From NCBI RefSeq assembly GCF_018350175.1, contig NC_058368.1:29080001-29144000 (forward strand): DNA of 64,000 bases, read 5' to 3'. The stretch comes from Felis catus. Lineage: Eukaryota. The notes under the pieces are model-generated. The model made no database searches, was not told where the DNA came from, and saw nothing but the letters and a program-made list of their open reading frames with translations. Positions 11,886-23,659 of the stretch are shown in pieces. Each line of letters starts with the position of its first letter. Position 1 is the stretch's first letter. The position numbers and the translations under genes were made by a program.

Positions 11886-14435
11886 AGTCAGGCACACTGA
11901 AGGCCTTGCTTCCCTAAAAAAAAGGAGAGTGTGACGGGATGATCACGACCAGACCAGCCTCCTTTGCAACACACAGGATCCCACTGCCCAGGTGTGTCTG
12001 AGAGCCGAGCCAATGCTTAGCTATTGTGGGGTGGGGGGCTGGTTCAGGATTTTAGACCTAAAGAATCGTCTCTCCTGAAAAATGTCCCTTCTGCCCTCTG
12101 AACTCCCCGAAATACAAACATAAGGTTGGGTCCCATTACTTCAGAATCCTCCCTGACTGCTCAAGACTGTCTTTGGCCTGGTTTTCCTGAGAACCTACAT
12201 TCTGAGGATAAGCTAGAGGGTCAGAGACAAATATTTCTTCCAGACGTTGTCAATTATAGACACTTGGAGTGATCCTGTGGCTTCTTCTATTGCCGTACCC
12301 CAAAGACCAGAGCAACATCAAGAGCAAGGCAAGGTCCCAGAAGCAGAGTTGTGCTGGGAGTCAAGGGAACCAGCTCAGCTACTTAGATACTCGGGCGCCC
12401 TTGGGCAAGACAGCATCTCTGAGCCTCGGCTTAGCCATCAATAAAATGGGAAGGCTACATAATCCTTAAAGTTCCTTCCAGCTCTGAAGTTCTGAGACTC
12501 TACTTCTCTAAATCCTGCCAAAAATGAGGAAACCAGCCCACAGCCAGTTCAGCCATGTGGCCATGACACCAAAAGGGAGCTGGTGGCTGAGTTCCACCCC
12601 CTCAAAGGGCTCAAAGGCAGAGCAGCCAGCGGAAGCAGGATGTGGCCTGTGAGGTCACAAAGTAACAGTCTTCCTGGCTAAAACAAAACACAAAGCCAGG
12701 CACACTTGTAGCAGATATGACCTCTGGAAAGTCTCTTCAGGTGACGGAGGGCGGCTGAATCAAGAGGGCCTGGCCAGGACTCTATTCCTCTTTGGGATTC
12801 ACTCACTTGAATCCAACGACCTCCAACTCAGGAGGAGGCAAAAACTTCTTTCTTTGGTCCCCATAACTCAAAGTGAACATGAATAAGTTATAAAAGATAA
12901 AAAAGCGTTTTCCAAAGCAGAGGTTTCTCATCACACAATAATTCAGCTTCATCCCTAAAAGGCTACTGCAAGTTCTCAGACCCTACACCTGGCTCCCTTT
13001 CCTCCCACCCTCCTCTGACCAGGTGGCCCCAGTGCCGTCTTATCTTCCTGACCTACGCGTTATCTTGTCCACTTTTCCAGACATGCCCAACTCTCACGAT
13101 CTTTTCTCCCCTCAGAGGTCCAGCCTAAGTCACCTAAAAGGACCACAGTCACTTTTCAGGGCTTTGGTGATGAACACCTACTGAGATCCAAAATACCAAA
13201 CCCCACACATAATATTTCCCCAAAAAAATGTTCCTCAGAATACTGGTCCTTGGGAAAGAAGAACCGTGTATGTGATCAACTAAGTTTGAGAAACACTGAG
13301 CACCTTTGGAGACTCCTACTGGGTCTTCCGGCTTCAATGTCCCTGAGAAGTCTTGTTTCTCCAGTTTAACTGTGGGACACCTTTTTTGTGGCAGCCCATT
13401 AACATGTCTCAGGACACTTGCACAGGAACTCAAATGGGGAAGCCCTTCTGCTTGCTTTTCCAGCTGAGCCCACCCCTAGAGCAGTCTGGATTTTCTCAAG
13501 GGAAAGCCTTTCCCTTACATACAGGAAAGCGGCCGTGTCCATGGCAGACCTACGGCAGGGCGTCACTGTTTGCCACCACGCAATAGGTAGGAGAATCGCC
13601 ACAAATAGAACCTGAGAAACTTGTAGGGGAAAAGATGAGGTAAGACCCAGGGGCAGGAAAACCACAGAGAGCCCTGTGGAGGCCGGCTTCGTGCCCAAAC
13701 CCCTGAGCCAGAAGGAAAGAACATGAGGCGTTTGGCACATTATCTTTGGCTCTGAGGACACCTGACAGCATCGCTCCCATCCCTGGCCCAGACCGCCGAA
13801 CCCAGAGACTCGCTGGCCCAGGCTTCCGTGGCCACACCTCTGGTCTCTATCTCTCAGAAACACTTGGCCCTTGAGAGCCAGTTTCACCAGCATACCTCAC
13901 TCCACCCAGCCCTGCACCACTGGCCCTTGCCCTGACTTTGGACTTCATCCCTATTCTGCTCCAACTTTCAGCAATTTTACATCCACATACAGCCATCCTT
14001 TGGGGGGAAGGGACACACGCACACACGGTTTGTTTACCTCACAGGCAAGTAGACCAAATGTCATTGAACTTTCGGGGAAGGAATGACCTAGACAGGAAAA
14101 AGGCCATTGCAAAATGGTAGGAAAAAAAGAATCCAGTGAGGATTCAGGAAAAACTCAGGTGGTTTGGAGACTCTGTACAGAATGAGTCATGGTACTGGGA
14201 TGTTGTCACTGTGTACCTCTTAGCCTTTACAGCCTGGTGCTAATATGCCTTTTTGATCCAAGTATTTTCTTCAAACTCAGAAAATATATAGACAAACTGG
14301 CTGTTACTTGCCTAATAAATTCAGTTGCAAATCAAACTTGACATAATCAGAAGTTCCTCTTACTGCTAATGAATGGGGGAATGCTACTCCCCCAATGAGG
14401 GAGAGAGAGAAAAAAAATTCTGGCTACAATATCTA

Positions 14436-14437
<2 letters not shown>

Positions 14438-14518
<81 letters not shown>

Positions 14519-14558
14519 GTATACCCCTATATAGATATATAGAGATAGATAGATACAC

Positions 14559-14597
<39 letters not shown>

Positions 14598-14610
14598 CAC
14601 ACACACACAC
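14438..14610. repeat. Compound (TA)n / (GATA)n / (CA)n microsatellite in RGCC intron 2
   Basis: Direct reading. Confidence 0.95.
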
Positions 14611-15091
14611 AAGCATGTCAACTTAGCATACACTCACTTCCCCACTTCCCCTCTCCCCCACACCTCCTAACCAACCACACACACAAGTTCACACAGCAGC
14701 TCATTGCCACACCTTGATTCCTCTCTCTTTCCATGAGTTTCTGTGCACAATCTGAGCCAGACCTAACTCCAGGCTCCAAAATATTCAACCATCAACAGGA
14801 AGCGAACCCTCAGCATCCTGAAGCCAAACCTGCCCACAGTTCAGTCCCACCCTGTGGTAATATTCTACATACGTCATTCATGAAAAAGATGAAAAAAAGT
14901 AACTTCAGGAAGCCCAAAGCTACCACAAGGCCCAGCAGAAGCTGCCACAGTAGAGCCGTATGGGATAAGGGGCCATATGACAACCGCGTGGCCCTGTGCA
15001 AATCACTTCACCTCTGAGCCTTAGTCTCTTCCTTAGCAAAAGGTAAATAGTAAGCTAGCCACTCCATGTATGATATGTATGATTTTCATGA

Positions 15092-15311
15092 TTTTTTTAA
15101 TTAATTATTTTAATGTTTATTTTTGAGAGAGAGAGAGAGAGATGTGAGCAGGGGGGAGGGGCAGAGAGAGGGGTAGACACAGAATCTGAAGCGGGCTCCA
15201 GGCTCTGAGCTGTCAGCACAGAGCCCAAGGCGGGGCTGGATCTCATGGACTGAGAGATCATGACCTGAACTGAAGTCAGACACTTAACCGACTGAGCCAC
15301 CCAGGCACCCC
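15092..15311 (-). mobile_element. CanSINE (SINEC_Fc-like), intron 2
   Basis: Typical head and tail; imperfect TSD ttttc(a/g)tgatttt. Confidence 0.93.
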
Positions 15312-16980
15312 TGGTTTTCGTGATTTTATTCTAAAGTTCCTAGTTAAATGGAGGATAACCTGTCCAGGAGAGCAAAGGGCCCCACAGCGAATGGTTAACA
15401 AGCAAGATTCTGAGCCTGGGCTTCCTCCTCTTCTTTAGATAGCAGCAAAATTCTCAAGAGAGGCTTATCTTCTGAGGCACCCTCGAATAAACCTCCCTAA
15501 AACAAACCACCAACACAGAAGTGCCCCCAAGCTCTAGACATCACTTTCCTTTATCCCATAAAATTTCACTCCATGGACTTTTATTAAGCAGCCTCAATGA
15601 ACAAGACTTCACGGTAGGCATTGGGGTAGATCAAAAGGTAAGTAAAGCCTAATTTCCTGTTCTTTTCACGCCTCTGGAACTCTATCCCTTGCAAAACAAC
15701 AGCCTGTTAGTCTGATAAAATGATGGCAATGTGTTGCTGGCTGATAGCATATTAATGTATTATGGCCCCACCCCAATATCAGGTGGTGCCATTAAGAGGG
15801 GTTCAAGGACACAATCAGTGATGATTTGGGGAAGCTTAGCAGGTGATAAGACTACATTTCAGGGCTCCACAAAATCTACTTCAATCAGCTCTAAAGCCCC
15901 ATCTCACAGGCATCTCAAAGGCCCATTAGAAATGTCCTTGGCCAGCCAACTTGGCGTGCGGAATCCAGGATCCTCAAACTTAGGTACCAAGTTCCCTAAG
16001 ACACCATCAGAAGAAATGTAAGCATATTCAATATACAAAGATCTAACTTTAAGAGCACCAACAGAGTTTGAGAAACTCAGCTGTAAAAACAGAAGCTTGT
16101 TTAGAAGGTAGTTGTGCTCTTTTAGTTTGGGGGTGGGGAGAAAGGTAATTTAGGGTTAGCACCAACATGTGCTACTCCAGAGGGAAGTAAAACCACAGAC
16201 AGTAAACCTTGCCCAGAGCTCCTGTAAATATAGAACAATCCCACACGTTGAAGACAAGCAAACTATAGTAATTAACTGAGAAAAAGAAAGCCTTGGACCT
16301 CTTTCCCTTTTGCCACAGTGAATGGTGGTGGGGAGGGGTGAATCTCCTCCACAAAATCTAAATCCTGAAAGCCTCACTAAAAGTAGGATAGAGTAAGAAA
16401 GAGCCCTTTTCCTTTTCACCAATATTGTCCCAGCTTCCCTGACCGCTGGGTCCCTTTGGACACCTCTCGAGATCTCCGTCCGAGTGAGACCTGTCACCCA
16501 TCTGGAATTCCTAACAGTGCCAGGGCAGCCCGAGAGCTCCTAACTTCTCATTCTCTCAAGGCTTGAACAAGTTCAGATTCCAGTCTCTGGATCTCCTATG
16601 CCAAATCAGCCAATATGCTACCTGTCATGCTAACACCCACTGTCCACAGGGTACCTTCTCCCAGGGCCAAGCTGGAGCAGACTAGGAAAAGATATACAAA
16701 TGTTCTGGTCTTGCACCTGCTGAAAGAAGCCAGTTCCTCATTCCCTAAAACGGCTCCACAACATCACAATATCTCTTGCAGTCCCAGCAGCCTTCAGACC
16801 CTTCCTGTTAAGTAGCAAAACACTTCCTCTCTTCAAAGGAAAAAAGGTAAGTGAAATCCCAATACAGCAGAGATAGGAGTTCATACCACCATTTAAAGTT
16901 CAAGGTAATACTGTAAACTTCATATAAAAGCATTCAGTGGAAACATAAATTAACACATTGGCTAAAACTTGGTAATTAAA

Positions 16981-17200
16981 GGGGCGCCTGGGTGGCTCAG
17001 TCAGTTGGGCATTAGTCTGACTTCAGCCCAGGTCATGATCTCAAGGTTCACGAGTTCAAGCCTGCATCAGGTTCTGTGCTGACAGCTTGGAGCCTGGAGC
17101 CTGCTTCAGATTCTTTGTCTCCCTCTCTCTCTGCCCTTTCCCCATTTGTGTTCTGTCTGTCTCTTCCTCTCAAAAATGAATAAACATTAAAAATTTTTAG
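16981..17200 (+). mobile_element. CanSINE (SINEC_Fc-like), intron 2
   Basis: ggggcgcctgggtggctcagtcagtt head, CT linker, A tail. Confidence 0.93.
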
Positions 17201-17582
17201 AAAACCAGTAATTATGAGTTAAAATTTCATTAGACATATTTGAGAAATCATGGTGTACCTTTACAATTTTGAAAATACTGAAAACAATATATTTTTTTAA
17301 AAGTTAAAACCAAAGAAGTTTACAACCCCTAAAATCCCTCTAAGGGTCAAGTTTGAACAACACTGCCCTTCCACTGCTGATGTTAAAACTGCTCCCACTA
17401 AAGTGTCTGAGATCTCACCTGCTGGACCGAAGTCTGGGGGAAAGGAACCAGCCTGTTTTGATCAACCCCTATTTGAATGCCATCCTTAATGTGGAGTTAT
17501 CTTGCAATTTTCATTTTGGTCTTCTTCACATCTTTGGAGGACCTCCCCCTCCCACCCCATCAGTAGGAACAGGAAGGAGTAT

Positions 17583-17588
17583 TTCTTT

Positions 17589-17677
<89 letters not shown>

Positions 17678-17871
17678 GAGAAAGAGAGAGAGTGTGTGTA
17701 CAGGGCAGGAGGTGGGGAGCTGAGAGAGAGAGAGAGGGAGAGAGAGAGAATCCCAAGCAGCCTCTATGCCCAGTTGGATCTGACAGAAGGCGTGATCTCA
17801 CAACCATGAGATTATGACCTGAGCCACGATCAAGAGTCAGACATTTAACCAACCGAGCCACCCAGATGCCC
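17583..17871 (-). mobile_element. CanSINE whose tail has expanded into (TTTC)n (17583-17665)
   Basis: TSD caggaagg(a/t)gtatt flanks the SINE plus its tetranucleotide repeat. Confidence 0.9.
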
Positions 17872-20735
17872 AGGAAGGTGTATTCCTTTATAAATGTCCA
17901 TTCTTCTCTCCTAACTTGCTTCTTTGGGTGGAGGGAATATCTATGTTTCTCCTTTGTATGCAAGCAACCCTAATGTTTTTTTTTTTCTAATGAGAAAAGG
18001 AAGGGTTCTTCAAAAAACAGAACTGCTACTTTGAGCCATCTTGGAAGGTGGATCTTCTGAGTGATAGAGCAGTAAGTTGCAGGCAGAGTGAGAATCAAGG
18101 TACTGCTGGTTTGTAGCTCATATGTAACATTTGCATGCAAGACACTGGCTCAAATACATCTGACCTATGTGATAGAGCCTGGTGTATGCATTTTAATGTC
18201 TTCTTGAGAGCATGAAACAGTGATTTTTTTCTTCCTCATCATGAGCTTATGGATGTTTCTAACAGTACTACTAAATAGCATCCTTTCCATTTTACAGGTG
18301 TAGAAACCAAGACCCTCTGGACCCAGCCTGATGACGACTGCCTTGAAGAGACACAACCACTGTTGATAAACAGGTGAATGATTTGGGTCCAATGGGACTT
18401 CAGGTCTATTCCTGAGGACCTGGTTCCCATTCCAGCCAACCATCCATGGTGACAGAGCAAGGTCTTAGAGACAGCTCACGCGGTTCTGCTGTCTTATCAG
18501 AAACATGGAGATAACAGTGCCTATCTTATAGGACTGTGGTAGAGGTCATATGAGATAACACAGTTAAAGCCCAACAAAGAAATCACTACTGATAAGAGCT
18601 AATAAATAATAACAATAATCATAGTAAGGGCTTGGTAAAACTGAGCTGCTCTTATTATCATTATCCTGGTATGTCTCCCTTTTGGCGGCCTAAATCTCAG
18701 TAGGATCTACTTCTCTCAAGCACTCTCTTCCTCAGAAAAGCATTGAACAGACAAATACGCATAATAAATGTATGTGCTCAGTACTTGGTGGCAGTTAAGA
18801 TACACACAGTATGCTTCCTTAAGAAATTACTGTTTAGATATACACTGATTCTGCCAAGACGATTTCTAACCAGTCTTATGGGGGATAAGCTACACATTTA
18901 TAAAAAGGACAAATATCATCTGGGCCTTCTTTATACCCTCCCCATTACTCTCTAGCCACCAAACTAAGGGTTAGCTGAGCAGTTAGCAACAAGGGCAGAA
19001 AGCAAAATGCATGCACGCACATACACCCCAAAAGAAACTATAGATTATTCCAAATTTCTCCCCCAAAACCATTAAGGATGGGTTTCTGAGTACCCTCTCT
19101 TTGAGGCCCCTGAAAACAGGTCCCAGATCTGAAACCCTACCCAGAGGGAGCTGCAATCACCCAGGATGGGCAAGTTCAGACCACATCCTAGCCAAATGAG
19201 GCCCTGTGTCAGAAAGGACTTGTTCTTTGCAATAGTGGAGTACTGGACAGTCTGTCCCAGCTTTCTTTCTTGTGGGAGAGAGAACTTGCACTTGATGAAT
19301 AACTTGCTCCATGATCCAGCAAAAGAAGACATATTTAAGTTTGGCCACAGCTTTGAGACAAATTTCAGAAGTTTTGAGATTTCTCTTTGAAATTGAAAAC
19401 AAGTGGTCTGGTCATTAGCAATCAAGTCCAAAAATGCAAAACAGAATATTAGCAGCACACTATTCCATCCCTGTTCACTTCAAAAGCTTCAATTAAATCT
19501 AACCCTTGGGCAGGACTGCCAAGGAAAGTCATGATGGACCTCAGGTTTCTGACTCAAACCCTGAACAGGGTGTCAAGCACTTTTATTCATTCTCAGGAGG
19601 ACAGCTCATGGTGGGGTCTGGGACCATATCTTTGCTCTGGAACAAGGAAGAGCTTCAGATTTCAAAAGAAGAGAATCACAAGGAAAGGTCCTTGGGTCAT
19701 TGCTTTCACTTCCAGAGTCAAGGGCAGCAAAGGGAGTGACATTCGTGCTGGTAACCCATCTAGGGGGTGAAGTCTCAAGAATAAGTCAGAAAAATTTAAA
19801 TTCGCTTTGAAAAATAGTAAGTCTTCCAGAATTTGAAAACCAACAATTTGAAAAGTCACCAAATTTGCTATCTGATACCTAAACAGATATCCATAATCCT
19901 TAAAGACCACTTGTTCTCGAATTAAAAAACAACAACAAAAAAAAAACCCAAAAAAAACAAAAAACAAATTGGCTACTTGCAAGGTTGTTTAAGACAAAGA
20001 GACCCTGCGGTAGTCTCCCTTCTGAGAAAAGCCGCCAGGAAGCACCTCTGTGCCCATCTGCTCTCTGGCTCCTTCTCCAGCCTGAGTGGGGGTGGGGGGG
20101 AGCTGTGGAAGCCAGAGGTCCCGGCGGTGGACCTGCCTAAAGGAAGAAGAACACTTCCGAAAATACTCGAGCCCCGCCGTGCCAAGGAGTCTTTCAAAAA
20201 CCGCATGCAGGGCACCAGCCGGTCTGGGAGCTCGGAGCCAGAAGAAAACGCAAGAAGTTATTTCAAAAATCCCAAGAACAGCGGCTTATGAAACTTCTGG
20301 TTTCACAAACTTTTCGGTATTGTGCCCTCCCATGTCTCCCTCCACCCCCATTCCTGTGGCACTTTCTACACATACTCTGAAAAACATGCAGAGAGAGAAA
20401 AGGGCAAAGGAAGGGAGGGGAGGTAACGGTGGGAAGGCCTGGCTTGGGTCCCGGGAGCCCGGTCTGGCTGAGTCGGGGCAGATGCTTAAACCCTCCGGCC
20501 TCAGGACACCTGCAGGCAGCAGGTAGACCCGCGTGCCTCCAACAGCCTTCGCGTGACAACCCGGGGGTTTTGCCTCTCTGCGGGCGTCCTAGGGACGGCG
20601 CGGAGCCTTAGGGCTCGCTTGGCTGGGCTCCCCACCCCTCGGCTTCCAGAGAAGCAGACTGAGACTAGAGCCCCTAGGACCCCTGGTTGGGAGTTCCCGG
20701 CGCTCCCGCGCCTTCCCCGGTGGGGCCACACTTAC

Positions 20736-20921
20736 TGTCGGAGTCGCTGAAGCCGCTGCTGTCGCTCACGCTGGCGCTGCTCCGCCGCTTCATGCGCTCC
20801 AGGTGCTCCTCGTAGTGGAAGTGGCGCTCGTGGAAGGGCGACGCGAAGTCGGCCAGCACCGCGTCAAACTCGCACAGCGCATCCGTCAGGTCCCCGGCGG
20901 CCGCCGAGTCCAAGGCCGGGG
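20736..20921 (-). CDS. RGCC: RGCC coding exon 2 (APALDS...[46 protein letters not shown])
   Basis: Acceptor tgtccccag|, donor A|GTAAGT; 186 nt; peptide visible in ORF 20674..21000. Confidence 0.97.
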
Positions 20922-21084
20922 CTGGGGACAGGGATGACGGACTCAGGTGCCGGGGCGGGACGGCTATCCCGTCCCCGGGCCTGGAGGGGGCCGCCACCAT
21001 TCCCCAAGATAACTAACATTCAGCGCGCGCCTGCCGAGTGACAGCCACGCTGTCACTGCCCGTTGCTTATCTTTTCATACTCTC

Positions 21085-21190
21085 AACCATCCCCTGAGGC
21101 GGTGGTATGAATCGTGCCCGTTTTAGAGATGGGGAAACTGAGCCTCCGCTGAGTGAAGCTGCAGACCAAAGGTCACCCAGCTAATCCACG
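21085..21190 (-). mobile_element. MIR fragment inside RGCC intron 1 / CpG island
   Basis: cccgttttagagatggggaaactgag...ccaaaggtcacccagctaat matches the MIR core. Confidence 0.7.
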
Positions 21191-21459
21191 CGGCCGAACT
21201 CTTTCCCACGCGCTGTAGGGTACTTGTGCCCACGCTCGTCCCTCGGGGGCGCGTGCGAACGGGTAAGCGGTGGCAAGACGGGGTCAGGCTGCGCCCGTTA
21301 AGTGGCCCCAGCCAGGCGCGGGGAAGGCAGCTGAACCCGCCAGGGGCAGGGTCACGCAGGGGAGGATGGGGACCCGCGGGAAAGGGACGCCCCTGGATCC
21401 CCCGCCTTTCGCCCCCCACCACGTCCGCGGGGCCAGGGCTTTCAGGGTCCCGCACTCAC

Positions 21460-21508
21460 CTGCGGCCGCGGCCGCCGCGGGGCTGCTCTGCGCTGCGGGC
21501 GGCTTCAT
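21460..21508 (-). CDS. RGCC: RGCC coding exon 1 (MKPPAAQSSPAAAAAA + 1 nt)
   Basis: ATG at 21508-21506; ends at donor CAG|GTGAGT (plus strand actcac 21454-21459). Confidence 0.95.
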
Positions 21509-21733
21509 GGGCAGGCTCGGCCCCGCGCGCGCGGCGGAGGGTCCTAGGAGGTGCTGGGCTCGGAAACGGTGCAGCCGCTCGCGCCCACGCCGGGGCTGCT
21601 CCGGGCCGGCTCTCGCGCTCCGCGTTCCCGCTCTGCCGGCCGCCCTCGCCCGGCCGCGCTCCCGCCGCGCAGCCTGCAGCACGGTGCGCACGCCCGCTCT
21701 TTCTCCCACCGCCGCCACCCTCCAGCTCTGCCG

Positions 21734-21770
21734 TCTTATAGCCGCGGGCGGAGGCGGGCCGGGGCGGGGC
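21734..21770 (-). promoter_or_regulatory. RGCC core promoter: TATAAGA (21740-21734) with adjacent GC boxes
   Basis: TATA-like element ~230 nt upstream of the ATG in an otherwise very GC-rich context; GGGGCGGGG at 21761-21769. Confidence 0.75.
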
Positions 21771-22455
21771 CGCGAGGTCTGTCCCAGCCGCCACGCGGGG
21801 ACGCCCCTGTCCCCCAGGCGCCGCCCTCGCCACGCGCCCGCCCGGGAACCGCAGTGACGGTGAGTTGCCGGAGCCCGGGTTACAGCCCCAAATATTTACT
21901 CGCCGCTTCGCCCGCACGCCCTGACAACCCCAGTCGCCGAAGTGTCTCTGTCGCCACCGGAGCCCCAAAGAGTTTACGGCTGGGCTGGAGCTCCCCGGCT
22001 TCCTGCCGCGCGCCCTTAACCTGGAGCCTTAGTTTCTTCAGCTGTGAAATGGGAAGTGCCGAGCCTCTAGCGTTTGCTGCGAAGAATACAGTAGCCCTAG
22101 GAGGCCCAGACGGGTGGCGGAGACGCAGAGGGAGGCTCCCGTGTCCCCACCGCATTTCCCCAGGGGACTTACTGATTGTAGGCAGACTGGAGAGAGAGTA
22201 GGGGACGAGAAGGGACCGAAGTCGTGGAGTCCACGCGGTTACAAACCTTAATTGCTCCCATCCCGGAGCCCGGAGTTTGACCTCAGTCCTGGGCTTTCAC
22301 GCCAGCCCCGACTTTATTCAGGAAGAGTTTTTTCACGGGAAGAAATGACTGCGTAAATGCGGCGCATACCCAGCGCCTTTCAGTGTCCCCAGACCAATGG
22401 GCCACCCTGCCCAGCCGCCTGGCGGGGGAGCAGTCGTGACTTTGAATAACTCTCC

Positions 22456-22840
22456 TTGCACTGCCCCTTGCGGCAGCCACTAGTCACAGGTGACTATGTT
22501 ATATATATGTTATATATGTTATATATATGTTATATATTTAATATATATTTAATATATAATATAATATTATATTATTATTAATATTATTAATAATATTATT
22601 AATATATATTATATATATTATATAATATAATATTAATTAATATTAAATATATGTTTAATATATATTTAATATATATTATAATATATATTTATATATATTA
22701 ATATATATTTATATATATGTTATATATTTAATATAACAGCTGAAATAGAATACAATGAAAAACTCAGTCCCCAGGGCTCACCAGACACCTATCAAGTGCT
22801 CAACACCCATCATCTCAGAAAGTTCTATTGGACAACGCTG
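22456..22840 (-). mobile_element. MER3-like hAT-Charlie DNA transposon with an expanded AT-rich core
   Basis: Left end gcagccactagtcacaggtgactat and right end tcaagtgctcaa...agaaagttctattggacaacgctg match recalled MER3 ends. Confidence 0.75.
22495..22736. repeat. ~240 bp nearly pure AT low-complexity tract
   Basis: Almost only A/T (atatatatgtt, taatatatatt units). Confidence 0.95.
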
Positions 22841-23659
22841 CCAGCGTCTCTGACCCACAAAACTGACCTCAGAGGGAAGAGAGGCCTCTTCTTACCCCCC
22901 TTTCCCCGTTATGAAGAGCCTCCTAGGTCAGGTCCTGGCATTCCCCATTCCAGCCCCTACAGCGACCCTGAGAGGTGGAATTAATGCTTGTTTCACCGGT
23001 GAGGAAAGGGAGGCACCAGAGGTCAAGCAGGTTGCCAGTCAGTGACAGAAAGGCAGGTCTGTCTGGTTTCGGAGCCACTTTGGGCTTTACCACACCCTCC
23101 CTTCCTCCACAGTGTAAGGTGAAGAGCTGAGCCCATAGGAGAAAGAGGCTCCAAGGAAGGAAGCAGATAACCAAGGTCCTTGAAGCTGCAGGGCAAGGCA
23201 TATGCATCTTTCATTTTACCTCTTTTTCTTATTTTTCCCACCTCCTTAAATTCTTTGTTCCTCTCTTTTCCTTCCTCTTGACTTGCCATGCACCCAATAT
23301 GGGTGATGCCCTGGGCTAAATGGAGCAGCAACCAATCTGGAAGCTGAGGCCACGGAGCTGCCCTCCAAATACCATTCTGCCTTCTTTGGGGGGGGCTGGG
23401 GTGCAGGGAGGCTGGCGCTCTAGTCCAGCTCATGCGTGATGGCTCAGGGTCCCTGTCAGCTCAAGAATCAGCCACACTGACCTTCAAAAGAACCTACAAA
23501 ACACCCCACTTTTTAGCAGCCACACCAATTTCCTGAGAGAGTGACCGTGAAGATAACCTTGTATCCACTAACACAGGCTGGTTGGTTGTTGTCGACTCAC
23601 CCCCGTGTTGGGGAGATGGCTGGGCAGAGGGCCCCTCTAGGATGGGTATCACTTTGGCT

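Larger units (their letters stand above)
8110..21710 (-). other. RGCC: RGCC gene span (regulator of cell cycle / RGC-32), 5 exons; transcript ends approximate
   Basis: Spliced CDS 49+186+108+63+8=414 nt translates to [137 protein letters not shown] (137 aa), recognisable as RGC-32. TSS inferred ~25-30 nt downstream of the TATA box; 3' end ~20 nt past AATAAA. Confidence 0.96.
20400..22480. promoter_or_regulatory. CpG island over RGCC promoter, exon 1 and exon 2
   Basis: Visibly high GC and dense CpG relative to CpG-depleted flanks; limits judged by eye. Confidence 0.9.

Noticed and set aside
14384..14670. ORFs with YI/CV/HT repeats
   Set aside because: Translations of (TA)n and (CA)n microsatellites.
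21123..22201. Several overlapping 110-216 aa ORFs on both strands
   Set aside because: Arg/Pro/Ala/Gly-rich frames are expected from stop-codon scarcity in a CpG island; only RGCC exon 1 is supported.
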